DNA of 64,000 bases from Pirellulales bacterium (GTDB lineage Bacteria > Planctomycetota > Planctomycetia > Pirellulales > JAICIG01): positions 64,001-128,000 of the forward strand of contig JBBDYJ010000035.1 of assembly GCA_040901675.1 (NCBI GenBank). The letters run 5' to 3'. Below, piece by piece: positions 31,042 to 40,308 of the stretch. Position 1 is the stretch's first letter. Each line of letters begins with the position of its first letter. A model generated the notes under the pieces. The model was not told the origin of the DNA and searched no databases. It worked only from the letters and a program-made list of their open reading frames with translations. The position numbers were made by a program, and so were the translations under genes.

Positions 31042-32318
31042 TGGCCATCGACACTCCTGCCCGTATCGCCGTGCTGGGCGCGGGTCCGATCGGGCTGGAG
31101 GCCGCCCTCTATGGCCGCTATCTCGGCTACGACGTCGATGTTTACGAACGGGGCGGCATCGCCCAGAACCTGATTGATTGGGGGCACGTGCGGCTCTTTA
31201 CTCCTTTCGGCGGCAACCGCACGGCGTTGGCATTGGCAGCGCTTGCCGCGCAAGATCCCGCCTGGCGGCCGCCGGATGACGACGCCTTACTGACGGGCCG
31301 CGAGCATGCCGAGCGATATCTGCTGCCGCTCGCCAGGTCCGATCTCCTCGAGGGGAGTATCCACGAGCAGACCCGCGTCGTGGCGGTCGGCCGCACGGAG
31401 TGGATGAAAGGCGACCTGGTGGCCGATGAAGCGCGCGGCGACGACCTCTTCCGCATCTTGCTCGACAGCGGCGGGCAGGAGCGCACCGCCCAGGCCAACG
31501 TGATCATCGACGCCACGGGCACCTATGGCAACCACAATTGGCTGGGGCGAGGCGGTATACCGGCGGTGGGCGAGCGGGCACTCGCGGATCGGATCGAATA
31601 TGGCCTTCCCGACATCCTGGGCCGCGACCGCGCCAGCTACGCGGGCTGCCGCGTGTTGGTCGTCGGCTCCGGCTATTCGGCCGCCACGAACATCGTGTTG
31701 CTTGCCGAACTGGCAGCCCAGAGCCCCGCGACTCAAATCACCTGGATCACTCGCCGTCCGCCCGAGCCGGCCGATGGCCCCGCCGGCGGTCCGGTCCGCC
31801 TGGTGCCCGGCGACCGCTTGAGCGAACGTGAGCGGATGGCCAAGGTGGCCAATGCCCTGGCTGCAAGCGGCGGCGCGGTCCAGCACCGCTCCGGCACGAT
31901 GGTCGACCGCGTCGAGTGGCAGGCGGACAAGGATTCCTTTCTGGTCCACTTGTCCCACGACGGGCCGGCGGAAACCGTCGAGGTGGATCGAATCATCGCC
32001 AACGTCGGCTACCGGCCCGACAACAGCCTGTTTGCCGAGCTGCAGGTCCACGAGTGTTATGCGACCTCGGGACCGATGAAACTGGCGGCCCGACTGGCCG
32101 CTCATCCATCGCACGACTGCCTCGACCAGCCGCCGTCCAGCGCGTCGGCGCTGTTGAACCCGGAGCCGAATTTCTACATCCTGGGAGCCAAGAGCTACGG
32201 CCGCAACTCGAACTTCTTGCTCTCCACCGGCTTCGACCAGGTCCGCCAGGTGTTCTCGATCGTGGCCGACCGGGCCGATCTCGACCTCTATGCAACTGCG
32301 GGGAAGTCCCGGCCATGA
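31041..32318 (+). CDS. FAD/NADPH flavoprotein monooxygenase, ArsV/ArsO-like
   Basis: GAGPIG, WGHVRLF, DATGT, GSGYSA, NPEPNFYILGAKSYGR; TGATG coupling. Confidence 0.8.
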   Translation: MAIDTPARIAVLGAGPIGLEAALYGRYLGYDVDVYERGGIAQNLIDWGHVRLFTPFGGNRTALALAALAAQDPAWRPPDDDALLTGREHAERYLLPLARSDLLEGSIHEQTRVVAVGRTEWMKGDLVADEARGDDLFRILLDSGGQERTAQANVIIDATGTYGNHNWLGRGGIPAVGERALADRIEYGLPDILGRDRASYAGCRVLVVGSGYSAATNIVLLAELAAQSPATQITWITRRPPEPADGPAGGPVRLVPGDRLSERERMAKVANALAASGGAVQHRSGTMVDRVEWQADKDSFLVHLSHDGPAETVEVDRIIANVGYRPDNSLFAELQVHECYATSGPMKLAARLAAHPSHDCLDQPPSSASALLNPEPNFYILGAKSYGRNSNFLLSTGFDQVRQVFSIVADRADLDLYATAGKSRP

Positions 32319-33238
32319 CAAGTGCCTCATCAGTCAGCGCGTGGCACACCAGCAGTCCACCGGGGGAGGTACGCATCTCGCACCTGGACGATCTCTGGTT
32401 CCAGGTCACCGGCACGCTCTGTAACCTCTCCTGCCGGCACTGCTTCATCAGTTGCAGCCCCAAGAACGACGCCTTCGGATACCTCTCGCTGGACGAGGTG
32501 CGCCGCCGGCTGGAAGAATCGCTGCCGCTGGGGGTCAAGGAGTACTACTACACCGGCGGCGAGCCCTTCCTGCACCCCGACATGACGGCCATCCTCTGCG
32601 AGACGCTTCGCTACGGCCCGGCCACCGTGCTGACCAACGGCACCATCTGCAAGCACGAGTGGCTCGAAAGGCTGGCCCGCGCCGAGGCGGCCAGCCTCTA
32701 CAGCCTCGAGTTCCGCGTGTCGCTGGACGGCTTCTCGCCCGAGACCAACGATCCGATACGCGGCGAGGGGACCTTCGAGCGGGCCATGCGCGGAGTCGCC
32801 ATGCTGGTGGAGCACGGCTTTCTGCCGATCATCACCGCCGCCCGCACCTGGGACGATGCGCGGGATGCATCGGTGGTGGCCGCCTTTGTCGAGCTTTTGA
32901 AATGCGCCGGCTATAAACGGCCCCGCATCAAGATCCTGCCGACGCTGCGGCTGGGGGCCGAATCGACCCGGACCCATGGCTATGCCGACGACGAACGCGT
33001 CACCCGGGAGATGATGGCTGGTTTCGATGCCACCCAGTTGATCTGCGAGCACAGCCGCACCGTGACCGACCGCGGCGTCTGCGTCTGCCCCATCCTGATC
33101 GAGTCGCCCGATGCCCGCTTGGGCGATACGCTGTCCGAGTCGTTGCGGCCTTACGAAATGCGGCACGGCGCATGCTCCACCTGCTACCAGCACGGAGCCA
33201 TCTGCTCGAACCCATCGCGGGGGAACGGAGCGGGATAG
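32315..33238 (+). CDS. Radical SAM protein with Cys-rich C-terminus
   Basis: CNLSCRHC, TGGEP, SLDG, CVCPIL, CSTCYQHGAICSN; ATGA coupling. Confidence 0.9.
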   Translation: MTSASSVSAWHTSSPPGEVRISHLDDLWFQVTGTLCNLSCRHCFISCSPKNDAFGYLSLDEVRRRLEESLPLGVKEYYYTGGEPFLHPDMTAILCETLRYGPATVLTNGTICKHEWLERLARAEAASLYSLEFRVSLDGFSPETNDPIRGEGTFERAMRGVAMLVEHGFLPIITAARTWDDARDASVVAAFVELLKCAGYKRPRIKILPTLRLGAESTRTHGYADDERVTREMMAGFDATQLICEHSRTVTDRGVCVCPILIESPDARLGDTLSESLRPYEMRHGACSTCYQHGAICSNPSRGNGAG

Positions 33239-34026
33239 TGACGACGCGGATTGCGTGTTTTGGAGGCGTCTACAGCAACTACCTGGCGCTGGGGGCGGCG
33301 ATCCGCAGCGCGCGGAGCAGAGGAGCTGAGGCGATTTATTGCTTGGGCGACTTGGGAGCTTTCGGGCCGCACCCGGACCGCGTGTTTCCGATTCTCCGCG
33401 AAGCCGGCGTCCACTGCATCCAGGGCAACTACGACCATTCGGTCGGGCATGAGCTCGACGATTGCCGTTGCGGGTATACCGATCCGCGCGACAACTACTT
33501 CGCCCAGATCAGCTACGACTACACGCTGGCCAATACTTCGGCCGCCAACCGGCGCTGGCTGCAAAGCTTGCCGCCGCAGATGCGTCTGCAGCTTGGGCCG
33601 GCAAAGCTGCTCTTGTGCCACGGCAGCCCGCGGAAGGTGAACGAGTTCCTCTGGGAGTCGACCACGCCGACGCACTTTCTGGACAAGCTGGCCGACGACC
33701 ACGCGGCCGACGTGATTCTGGCGACGCACACGGGCATCCATTGGCAGCGGCCGTTGGCCCGCGGCCGCAGCTTCGTGAACGTGGGCGCACTGGGCCGCCC
33801 CGAGAACGGCGGCCGCACAAACGTCTGGTACACGCTCGTGGAGCATTCACCGTCCGGCGGCCTGACCGTCGAATTCGTGCCGGTCGAGTACGACCACCTC
33901 AGGCTGGCACGGGAGATGGCGGCCGAACGTCTGCCGGACGAATTCCAGCAGACCATCCTGACCGGGTGGTGGACCACCTGCCTCGAGGTGCTGCCCAGCA
34001 AAGAGCGCCGCCGCGGCCGCTTCTAG
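33238..34026 (+). CDS. Atypical calcineurin-like metallophosphoesterase
   Basis: GGVYSN in place of DxH, LGDL, GNYD, HGSP, THTG; CRCGY Cys pair; GTG overlaps the upstream TAG. Confidence 0.85.
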   Translation: MTTRIACFGGVYSNYLALGAAIRSARSRGAEAIYCLGDLGAFGPHPDRVFPILREAGVHCIQGNYDHSVGHELDDCRCGYTDPRDNYFAQISYDYTLANTSAANRRWLQSLPPQMRLQLGPAKLLLCHGSPRKVNEFLWESTTPTHFLDKLADDHAADVILATHTGIHWQRPLARGRSFVNVGALGRPENGGRTNVWYTLVEHSPSGGLTVEFVPVEYDHLRLAREMAAERLPDEFQQTILTGWWTTCLEVLPSKERRRGRF

Positions 34027-34028
34027 GA

Positions 34029-34059
34029 CAGAGGTCGGAGGTCAGAAGTCAGAGGTCGG
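34029..34059. repeat. Heptamer STRR tract (AGAGGTC-like x4)
   Basis: cagaggtcggaggtcagaagtcagaggtcgg. Confidence 0.8.
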
Positions 34060-34061
34060 TC

Positions 34062-34292
34062 GGGTGGCTGGTGGCAAAGCGTCAGCGTGCCCCAGTCCTT
34101 GTCCCCCTTCCTCCGCCCCTTCTTCTATGCCGCCACCGTTACCAGCAGCTCTTGGGCCACCGCCTCGACTTGGGCGGGGTGGCTGGTGGCAAAGCGTCAG
34201 CGTGCCCCAGTCCTTGTCCCCCTTCCGCCGCCCCCTTCTTCTATGCCGCCACTGTTACCAGCAGCTCTTGGGCCACCGCTTCGACTTGGGCG
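34062..34292. repeat. ~115-bp tandem direct repeat: REP palindrome plus 3' end of the ExeA-like gene
   Basis: Copies at 34062-34176 and 34177-34292 with 4 differences. Confidence 0.92.
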
Positions 34293-35059
34293 GCGGCGAC
34301 CGTGGGGCGTTCCTCGGCAAAGCCGATCAGCAAGGCCAGGTCGGCCAGGCGGTGGATGCGGCGCGGCACGCCCTGCGTCAGGTAAAACAGGGCCTCCAGG
34401 GCATCTGCCTCGAAGATCAACCGCGTGGCGCCTGCCGCTCGCAGGCGGTGCTCGACGTAGGCGGCCGTCTCGTCGAGCGACAGGGGACGCAGCAGGCACT
34501 TGCTTGCGATCCGCTCGTCGAGCGACGTCTTGCGCTCGATCGTCGTTGCCAGGCATGGCTGGCCGACGAACAGTATGGTCAGCACGGGGCGGGCGGCCGC
34601 CTCAAAGTTCATCAGTAACCGCAGCGCATCGAAGGCCCGGCCGTCGTCGAGCAGGTGCGCGTCGTCGATGGCCACCACGGCGTGCCGCCCCTGCGCGGCG
34701 TTGTCGGCTAGTGTCCGCTGGATTCGCTCCACCGCCTCGGCCAGCGACGACGCAGCAGGCACCTGCGCCGGATCGAGGCGTGCGGCCAGAGCGGTCACGA
34801 GCTCGGCCGCGGGCAACTGTGGAAAATCGAAGTGGACCACCGGCCTGTACCGTTCGGGCAATTGCTGGGCCAGCATCCGCACCAGCAGGCTCTTGCCGGT
34901 GCCGGGCTCGCCGGCCAGCAGGGCCGCGTGCCGTTGGCTCTCGATCGCATAGCGCAGCTTGAGCAGCGCCGCCTGGTGCGACTCGGCCGGATAATAGAGC
35001 CGCGTATCGCCGCCGGACTCGAAGGGCTTGGAGTTGAGCCGCCAGTAAGACTCGTACAT
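34241..35059 (-). CDS. ExeA/GspA-family AAA ATPase
   Basis: MYESYWRL..PF, GEPGTGKS, IDDAH, LFVGQP, YVEHRL, GVPRRI. Confidence 0.9.
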   Translation of the reverse strand: MYESYWRLNSKPFESGGDTRLYYPAESHQAALLKLRYAIESQRHAALLAGEPGTGKSLLVRMLAQQLPERYRPVVHFDFPQLPAAELVTALAARLDPAQVPAASSLAEAVERIQRTLADNAAQGRHAVVAIDDAHLLDDGRAFDALRLLMNFEAAARPVLTILFVGQPCLATTIERKTSLDERIASKCLLRPLSLDETAAYVEHRLRAAGATRLIFEADALEALFYLTQGVPRRIHRLADLALLIGFAEERPTVAAAQVEAVAQELLVTVAA

Positions 35060-35060
35060 G

Positions 35061-35939
35061 TCAGGCTCGCACGAAGGTTTCCACAATGTCCCACTGCGCG
35101 ATGCCGTACCGCGCCAGCGACCGGCCCACGGCCTGGCAATCTTCCATGGTCGAGTGGCGCGTGTCGCGAACCACCAGGGCGGCGTCGATCATCGGGTGGC
35201 AGTCGAGGATCGACATCCGGCGATCGCCCGCCGCACCGATCCACGGGCCGCCGTCGATACAAACCAGCGCGTATTGGTGGACCAGCGACTCGATCACGGA
35301 CTGCACGCGGGTCGCGACCCTGGCCGTGCGGGCGCCGAAGGCCAGCGAGGTCGCCGGCAGCAGTGTGACCGGCTCGGCCAGCGACTCCACCAGCGCTTCG
35401 CTCAGCGGCTGCTGCCCGAACAGCAGGTCCTGCCAGCCCGCCTGGGGCACGATGCCCAACTGGTCGGCCAGTTGCGGACGCCCAAAGTCGGCTTCGACCA
35501 AGGCAACCTTGCCAAGCTTGCCGGCGGCAAGGCGGGCCAGCGCCATGGCGAGCGTGGTGCGTCCCTCGCCGCGGCGGCAGCCGGTCACCAGGATCGACCT
35601 GGGCCGCGTTGCCCCGGTCAAGGTCGGCAAATAATCGCAGAAATAGCCGGCCGGATCTTCCAGCAGTCGATTGACGGCGTCGGGCCACTCGAACCGCTGC
35701 ACCTCGTACGCGGGGAGCATCGGTTCCGGCGCCTTGGACGTTTCGACGGCGGCTGGAGCACTCGCGCCCGGTGGATGCGCGACTCGGCCGGAGTCGGGCG
35801 CCACCGGGTCAAGCGGAATGTGCGGCGCCGCGATCGGCGGATGCCCGCTGGCCCTTCCTTGCTCGGCCGGCTGCGCCGTCGAGACCTGCTGGTCCTGCTT
35901 CTGATAGGCGCGGATGAATGCCTGGTCGAGCGTGCTCAT
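35061..35939 (-). CDS. CpsD/CapB (BY-kinase)/MinD-like P-loop protein, degenerate
   Basis: MSTLDQAF start, GCRRGEGRTT variant Walker A, VALVEADF..P.L, CIDGGP; ATGA coupling. Confidence 0.75.
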   Translation of the reverse strand: MSTLDQAFIRAYQKQDQQVSTAQPAEQGRASGHPPIAAPHIPLDPVAPDSGRVAHPPGASAPAAVETSKAPEPMLPAYEVQRFEWPDAVNRLLEDPAGYFCDYLPTLTGATRPRSILVTGCRRGEGRTTLAMALARLAAGKLGKVALVEADFGRPQLADQLGIVPQAGWQDLLFGQQPLSEALVESLAEPVTLLPATSLAFGARTARVATRVQSVIESLVHQYALVCIDGGPWIGAAGDRRMSILDCHPMIDAALVVRDTRHSTMEDCQAVGRSLARYGIAQWDIVETFVRA

Positions 35940-36754
35940 GGTTGGCGTCCGTTTAGCGCGGTATCGCCGGCGGCGCTGTCCAAGGGCTCGATGCCCCCGA
36001 GCGTGGCCACGCCCGGCTCGATCGTTGCACCAGATTTGAACTCGGGCCAAAACTGCGGCCGGGTGGCCACGCGCAGGGCCGGGTCGTCGGACTGCGGCGG
36101 TTGTCGCGCCAAGTCGACTTCCAGCGGTGCAGTCTCGCCCGCCGGGGCCATTTCATAGTTTGGCATGGCCGGATCTTGCTCCGCCCCCAACGCGCGCGAT
36201 GGCGATTCGAAACCGTCGGGCTGCGGCACGACAATCTCTACCGGCCCGGCGTCCGCCGACCTTCGGACTGGGCTCCCCGCCGTGGCCGGCAACTGGCGGG
36301 CCGACCAGGCTGGAGGCGCTTTCGATGGCCCAGGCTCGGCCGCGCCATTGAACAACACCGGCGCGATCACCTGCACCGCCAGGGCCGAAACGATGGCCAG
36401 CCAGGCCTTGGGTTGCTGGAGAACGAAATAAACCGCGCTCAAAGAGGCCAGCGTGCTTCGCGATCGTCTGGTCAGGTTATCGACCAGCAGGGCCAGGCGA
36501 GGCCGGGCTCGGAGCTCGGCGGGCGGCACATGCTGCGATGCAGCCGGCGCTGTCTCGGCCTCTGGCGGGCGGACCGGGGCGGATTCAATGCCTTCTGCAA
36601 TCGGCGCGCTGCCATCCTCGGCCGTTCGAATCGCCGGAAGGACGGCGCCGGCATCAGCCGTTGCCAGGTCGGGGAGCCGGATCACCACCCGCGGACTTGC
36701 CCCTTCAGAAGCCGCCAGGTGAGGGGCATGACTGATGTTTCGAGCCGAGTGCAT
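35936..36754 (-). CDS. Hypothetical bitopic membrane protein
   Basis: Pro/Ala-rich ORF with one hydrophobic segment, coupled to the downstream gene. Confidence 0.6.
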   Translation of the reverse strand: MHSARNISHAPHLAASEGASPRVVIRLPDLATADAGAVLPAIRTAEDGSAPIAEGIESAPVRPPEAETAPAASQHVPPAELRARPRLALLVDNLTRRSRSTLASLSAVYFVLQQPKAWLAIVSALAVQVIAPVLFNGAAEPGPSKAPPAWSARQLPATAGSPVRRSADAGPVEIVVPQPDGFESPSRALGAEQDPAMPNYEMAPAGETAPLEVDLARQPPQSDDPALRVATRPQFWPEFKSGATIEPGVATLGGIEPLDSAAGDTALNGRQP

Positions 36755-36802
36755 GGGCAATTTGGTCCGGCCGTAGATCGCGTGTGCGCTGAATCACGTT
36801 AT

Positions 36803-36830
36803 CTATCGGTTCCGGTCGTAAGGAACTTGA
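36803..36830 (-). promoter_or_regulatory. Sigma28 (FliA/WhiG)-type promoter
   Basis: Minus strand TCAAG-N15-ACCGATAG about 50 nt upstream of 36754. Confidence 0.55.
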
Positions 36831-36915
36831 GCAATAAACGGGTTTTGACGACTGGGTAATTTGGGCCGGCCAGGGAAGCAGAGTGAAAAGGCGGGTTGGT
36901 AAGGCCCTCTCGCGC

Positions 36916-36959
36916 CACTGCTGGGTTAGCTGCCGTCGTGTCGGCAGCTCCAAGCAGTG
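36916..36959. repeat. Intergenic palindrome (REP-like hairpin)
   Basis: CACTGCT..AGCTGCCG-N6-CGGCAGCT..AGCAGTG. Confidence 0.6.
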
Positions 36960-37081
36960 CGGTATGGGCAGCACATTTTTGCCTAGCGGCTGATCCCCCT
37001 CCCGGGTTCGTCCCCCTTGATTATGATTATTGTCTTCCTCTATGCCGGCGGCACGCGGTCAATTAGGGGAGAAGAGTTGCA

Positions 37082-37360
37082 ATGCCGATAATGACCTTGG
37101 AAATCCCCGACGAAGTCCTTTTCGCTCTCCGTCAATCGCCTGCGGAGTTCGTTCGCGAAATGCGGCTGGCGGCCGCCATACACTGGTACGCGCGCGGAAC
37201 AATCTCGCAAGAGAAAACGGCTGAGATTGCCGGTTTGGACCGGACGGACTTCCTCATGGCCCTTGCGCGCGAACAGGTCCCCGCGTTTCAAGTCGACATC
37301 GAGCAACTTCGCGGAGAGATTGAGCGTGGTCTTGAACCAGGCACTCTCCCTGGTCGATGA
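37082..37360 (+). CDS. UPF0175-family (antitoxin-like) protein
   Basis: EMRLAAAIHWY..G.ISQEK.AEIAGLDR..F. Confidence 0.88.
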   Translation: MPIMTLEIPDEVLFALRQSPAEFVREMRLAAAIHWYARGTISQEKTAEIAGLDRTDFLMALAREQVPAFQVDIEQLRGEIERGLEPGTLPGR

Positions 37361-37416
37361 ATAGTAAGAAAAAACGACCTGTACTTTTCATGGCTTTCCA
37401 TAGCCGAGGGCGCAGT

Positions 37417-39270
37417 TCAATCTGCCTGGAACACGCGCAGCGAAGCCAGGGCGGATTCGATGTCTGCAACGGCTTGCGACTCCGGCGCCTCCGCCCCGGC
37501 ACGCAGGTCGTCGAGCAGGCCCCCAAGCAGCTCCCTCTCCAGCCAGCCGGCCAGCCAACCGGCCCGGCGCTCGGCGTAGCCGGTCTGCAAGCGGCGAAAT
37601 AGCCGGGCGGCGGCCTGCTTCACCCCCTCGCCCGTGGCCGTCACCACCGCCTCGCCGCCCCCCGTGATGCCGCCGGCGATCGCCGCTTCGGTCGCCAACG
37701 TCGAGACGGTCTGGCCGGCCACGTGCGCCGCCGCCTGCCCCACCACGTCGCCCGCCACAATCCAACCGCTCACCGCCAGCGACACGGTAATCGCCGGCCG
37801 CGCCAGCGCCGCCACGTGGTCCAACGATCGCAGCAGGCTGACCGCCCTCGGGTTCGCCTCGCCCCAACGGTCCAGCTCCGCGCGCAGAAAATCGCGGTAA
37901 TCGTCGTCCAAGGCCGGCAGCTCGGCATGAGCCGCGATCACGCGCTCTAGTAACTGCTGCCGCGAGGCGCCGCCCAACAGCCCGGCCAGCCGGGGTCGAA
38001 GCGTGTCGTTGCCGACCTGGCTGAGGCGGTCCAGCTCGTCGAGCAACTTTTGAACCGCCTCGACAATCGCGTCGCGCTCGCTGGTATGAAAGGCGGCCAG
38101 CGGTTCGGGGGCCGGTCCCGCAATGCCCTCCCAGGCCTTGCGCACCGGCCAGAGCACTCCCTGTCCCAACACCCGGTAAAAGCCGTGCACCTGCCGCGAC
38201 CAGGGACTGCGGCTGGCATCCCACCAGCCGCGGATCTCCTCGACCAGCAACCGCGCCGGCAACGCCGGCCATTGCACGCGGGCCATGTCGCTGGTCGACA
38301 GCGCCGCCGCCGCCGCGGCAAACTCGCCGCTCGCCTGCCGCAGCCGGGCCAGGTAGCCGGCCGCCCCTTCGCTCTCGTCCAGCACGCGCGCCAGCGCGCC
38401 CTGGAACGTGCGGATCTTGATCGCGTCGAAGTGCAGCGACGCCAGCTCCTCGCGCAGCGAAGACGCCGGCCCCAGCGGACCCTGGCCATCGGCCCCGGCC
38501 GGATAAAACGGCAACTGCAGCTCGCCCGCCGCCGCGCGGTCATACGGGATCACGTACACCAGGTGCGGCGTGGCGCCCGTTTCGCCGCTGAACGTCTCCA
38601 GCCAACGCGGCCAGTAGTCGCGGTCCCCTTCCAGGTCGCACTGGTTAAAGACGACGACCACCGCCTTGTCCGCTTCGGCCGCCTTGCGAAAGAACTGCTT
38701 GACGGCGGCGTCGTTGTATTTCTGCTGCGTCAAGACGGCGATCAGCACGTCGGCCGATTGGCGGATCTGGTCGGCGCGCTGCCAGTTGACCGCCACGTCC
38801 GAGTCGATGTCCGGCGTGTCCAGCAACAAGAGCCGCTCGGGCACGGCCTGGCCGCGCCGCCAGAACAAGAGATGCTCGGCCGTATCGGCCAGGGCGTCGT
38901 CAGCCGACTGCCAGCGGCGCAGTTGAAATCCGTCGAACAGACCCTGCAGCAACTCCTCGCGGTCGCACCCCTCGGGCGCCAAGCAGACCGGGTGCCGGGT
39001 GCCGGCCGCCAACGGGCTGACGGCGCTGGCCATCTCGCCGCCCAGGTGGTTGAAAACCAGCGACTTGCCGATGTTGGTGCCCCCCACCACCGCCACCACC
39101 AGCACCGGCGGGGCGTCCAACTGGGCCAACAGCTTATGAGCCAAAAGCTCGTACCATTCCTCCTTGTCCGGCGGCGGCAGGCCGACCGCGCGGGCCGCCG
39201 GCGCCAGCGCCCCCAGCGCATGGTGCAAGCGTTTGACCTGTGCGGCCCAGGCATGGAAGTCGGCACTCAT
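37417..39270 (-). CDS. Dynamin-like/P-loop GTPase domain protein
   Basis: GGTNIGKS (G1), DTPD (G3), QKY.D, NQCD (G4-like), helical C-terminus with a hydrophobic segment. Confidence 0.85.
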   Translation of the reverse strand: MSADFHAWAAQVKRLHHALGALAPAARAVGLPPPDKEEWYELLAHKLLAQLDAPPVLVVAVVGGTNIGKSLVFNHLGGEMASAVSPLAAGTRHPVCLAPEGCDREELLQGLFDGFQLRRWQSADDALADTAEHLLFWRRGQAVPERLLLLDTPDIDSDVAVNWQRADQIRQSADVLIAVLTQQKYNDAAVKQFFRKAAEADKAVVVVFNQCDLEGDRDYWPRWLETFSGETGATPHLVYVIPYDRAAAGELQLPFYPAGADGQGPLGPASSLREELASLHFDAIKIRTFQGALARVLDESEGAAGYLARLRQASGEFAAAAAALSTSDMARVQWPALPARLLVEEIRGWWDASRSPWSRQVHGFYRVLGQGVLWPVRKAWEGIAGPAPEPLAAFHTSERDAIVEAVQKLLDELDRLSQVGNDTLRPRLAGLLGGASRQQLLERVIAAHAELPALDDDYRDFLRAELDRWGEANPRAVSLLRSLDHVAALARPAITVSLAVSGWIVAGDVVGQAAAHVAGQTVSTLATEAAIAGGITGGGEAVVTATGEGVKQAAARLFRRLQTGYAERRAGWLAGWLERELLGGLLDDLRAGAEAPESQAVADIESALASLRVFQAD

Positions 39271-39465
39271 CGAGCACGGCAGTATAGCGGAAGGAAGAAG
39301 GCAGTCAGCCGCGCGACCACAACAGTCCCGTGCCGCTGCTTAAAGCTGGTGGCTTGGCCGGCAGTTTCAAGCACTGATCTTCAGGCTCCCCTCCCCGTCC
39401 GACCCAGTTTGTTGTCCTAAGCGCCACGGACAGGGCGACTTGTGGCTGTGGCCTATTTTTGGCAC

Positions 39466-39493
39466 TTGACGCATGTGCGACAGCCTCTATATT
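39466..39493 (+). promoter_or_regulatory. Sigma70-type promoter for the TA-like pair
   Basis: TTGACG-N16-TATATT. Confidence 0.6.
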
Positions 39494-39693
39494 GGTCGTT
39501 CTCAATTTCCCGCTCAACCTGTTGCTCGCAGCTTTGCACGGCGTAAGATAGGTAAAGTGCCCAGCGCGCCGATCCCGATAGCAGGAAAAGCCAGGGATGG
39601 TCTGCGGCGTGCCAAACTGGAAGGCTTGCTGCTTGGTCGTCGCATTCTGCGGCGACTTTGTTTTTGCGCTGTGCGGCGACCGAAACGGCCTTC

Positions 39694-39917
39694 ATGTCGC
39701 GCCCAGGCACAAAAACGATGATATCGAGTATGCCATTCAATACGCCGAAGCCCATAATTGGCGGTTCGTCAAGTCCGAAGGGCATCCATTCTGTCGGCTC
39801 AAGTGTCCGCATGCCGCTCGTGGTGGTTGCACAATGTCGGTCTGGTCCACGCCAAAGGATCCGTTTTTGCACGCACGCCGAATAATGCGGAAGGTGGACA
39901 ACTGCCCGCATCATTGA
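39694..39917 (+). pseudogene. HicA-like small toxin; likely 1-nt frameshift just after the start (or an N-extended ORF from 39597)
   Basis: PRHKNDDIEYAIQYAE..W..HPF.RL.C..SVWSTPK..HAR; ATG 39694 (MSR) is out of frame by one base. Confidence 0.55.
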
Positions 39918-39936
39918 GGCTGGATGGGAGAGCAAA

Positions 39937-40308
39937 ATGAGTGCTGCTACTACAGAACGTTCTCGGCTGGGGGCCGAGAAGGACGTATATTCGTTCACGC
40001 TACTGCTGGAAGGCGTCAACGAAATCACAGATGATCTGGAGCGCGTGCTTTACGATGCCGGATGCGATGATGCTTTGCTGAGCGCGTCGGAGGACGAAGT
40101 ATCCCTCGATTTCGACCGGGAGGCGTCGTCAATGTTCGAGGCGATTCGCAGTGCCATTCACGCCGTGGAAACTTGCGGATTGCCGATTCGCGTGCGAAGA
40201 GTCGTCCCCCCGGGACACCATGCGATTCGCATGATGAATAACTTCCTCGAATTGAGAGACGAACAGCCAGATCTCGTCGAGGAACTTCGGAAGCTGAATC
40301 GCGGCTGA
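39937..40308 (+). CDS. HicB-like antitoxin-type protein (no HTH)
   Basis: YSFTLLL..LYDAGCDDA...LDFDREA....AI.SAI..VE; acidic; GGGAG RBS. Confidence 0.7.
   Translation: MSAATTERSRLGAEKDVYSFTLLLEGVNEITDDLERVLYDAGCDDALLSASEDEVSLDFDREASSMFEAIRSAIHAVETCGLPIRVRRVVPPGHHAIRMMNNFLELRDEQPDLVEELRKLNRG

Noticed and set aside
34062..34292. DGR template/variable repeat pair
   Set aside because: Only four differences including an indel, no reverse transcriptase in the window, and the target is an ATPase tail rather than a ligand-binding domain
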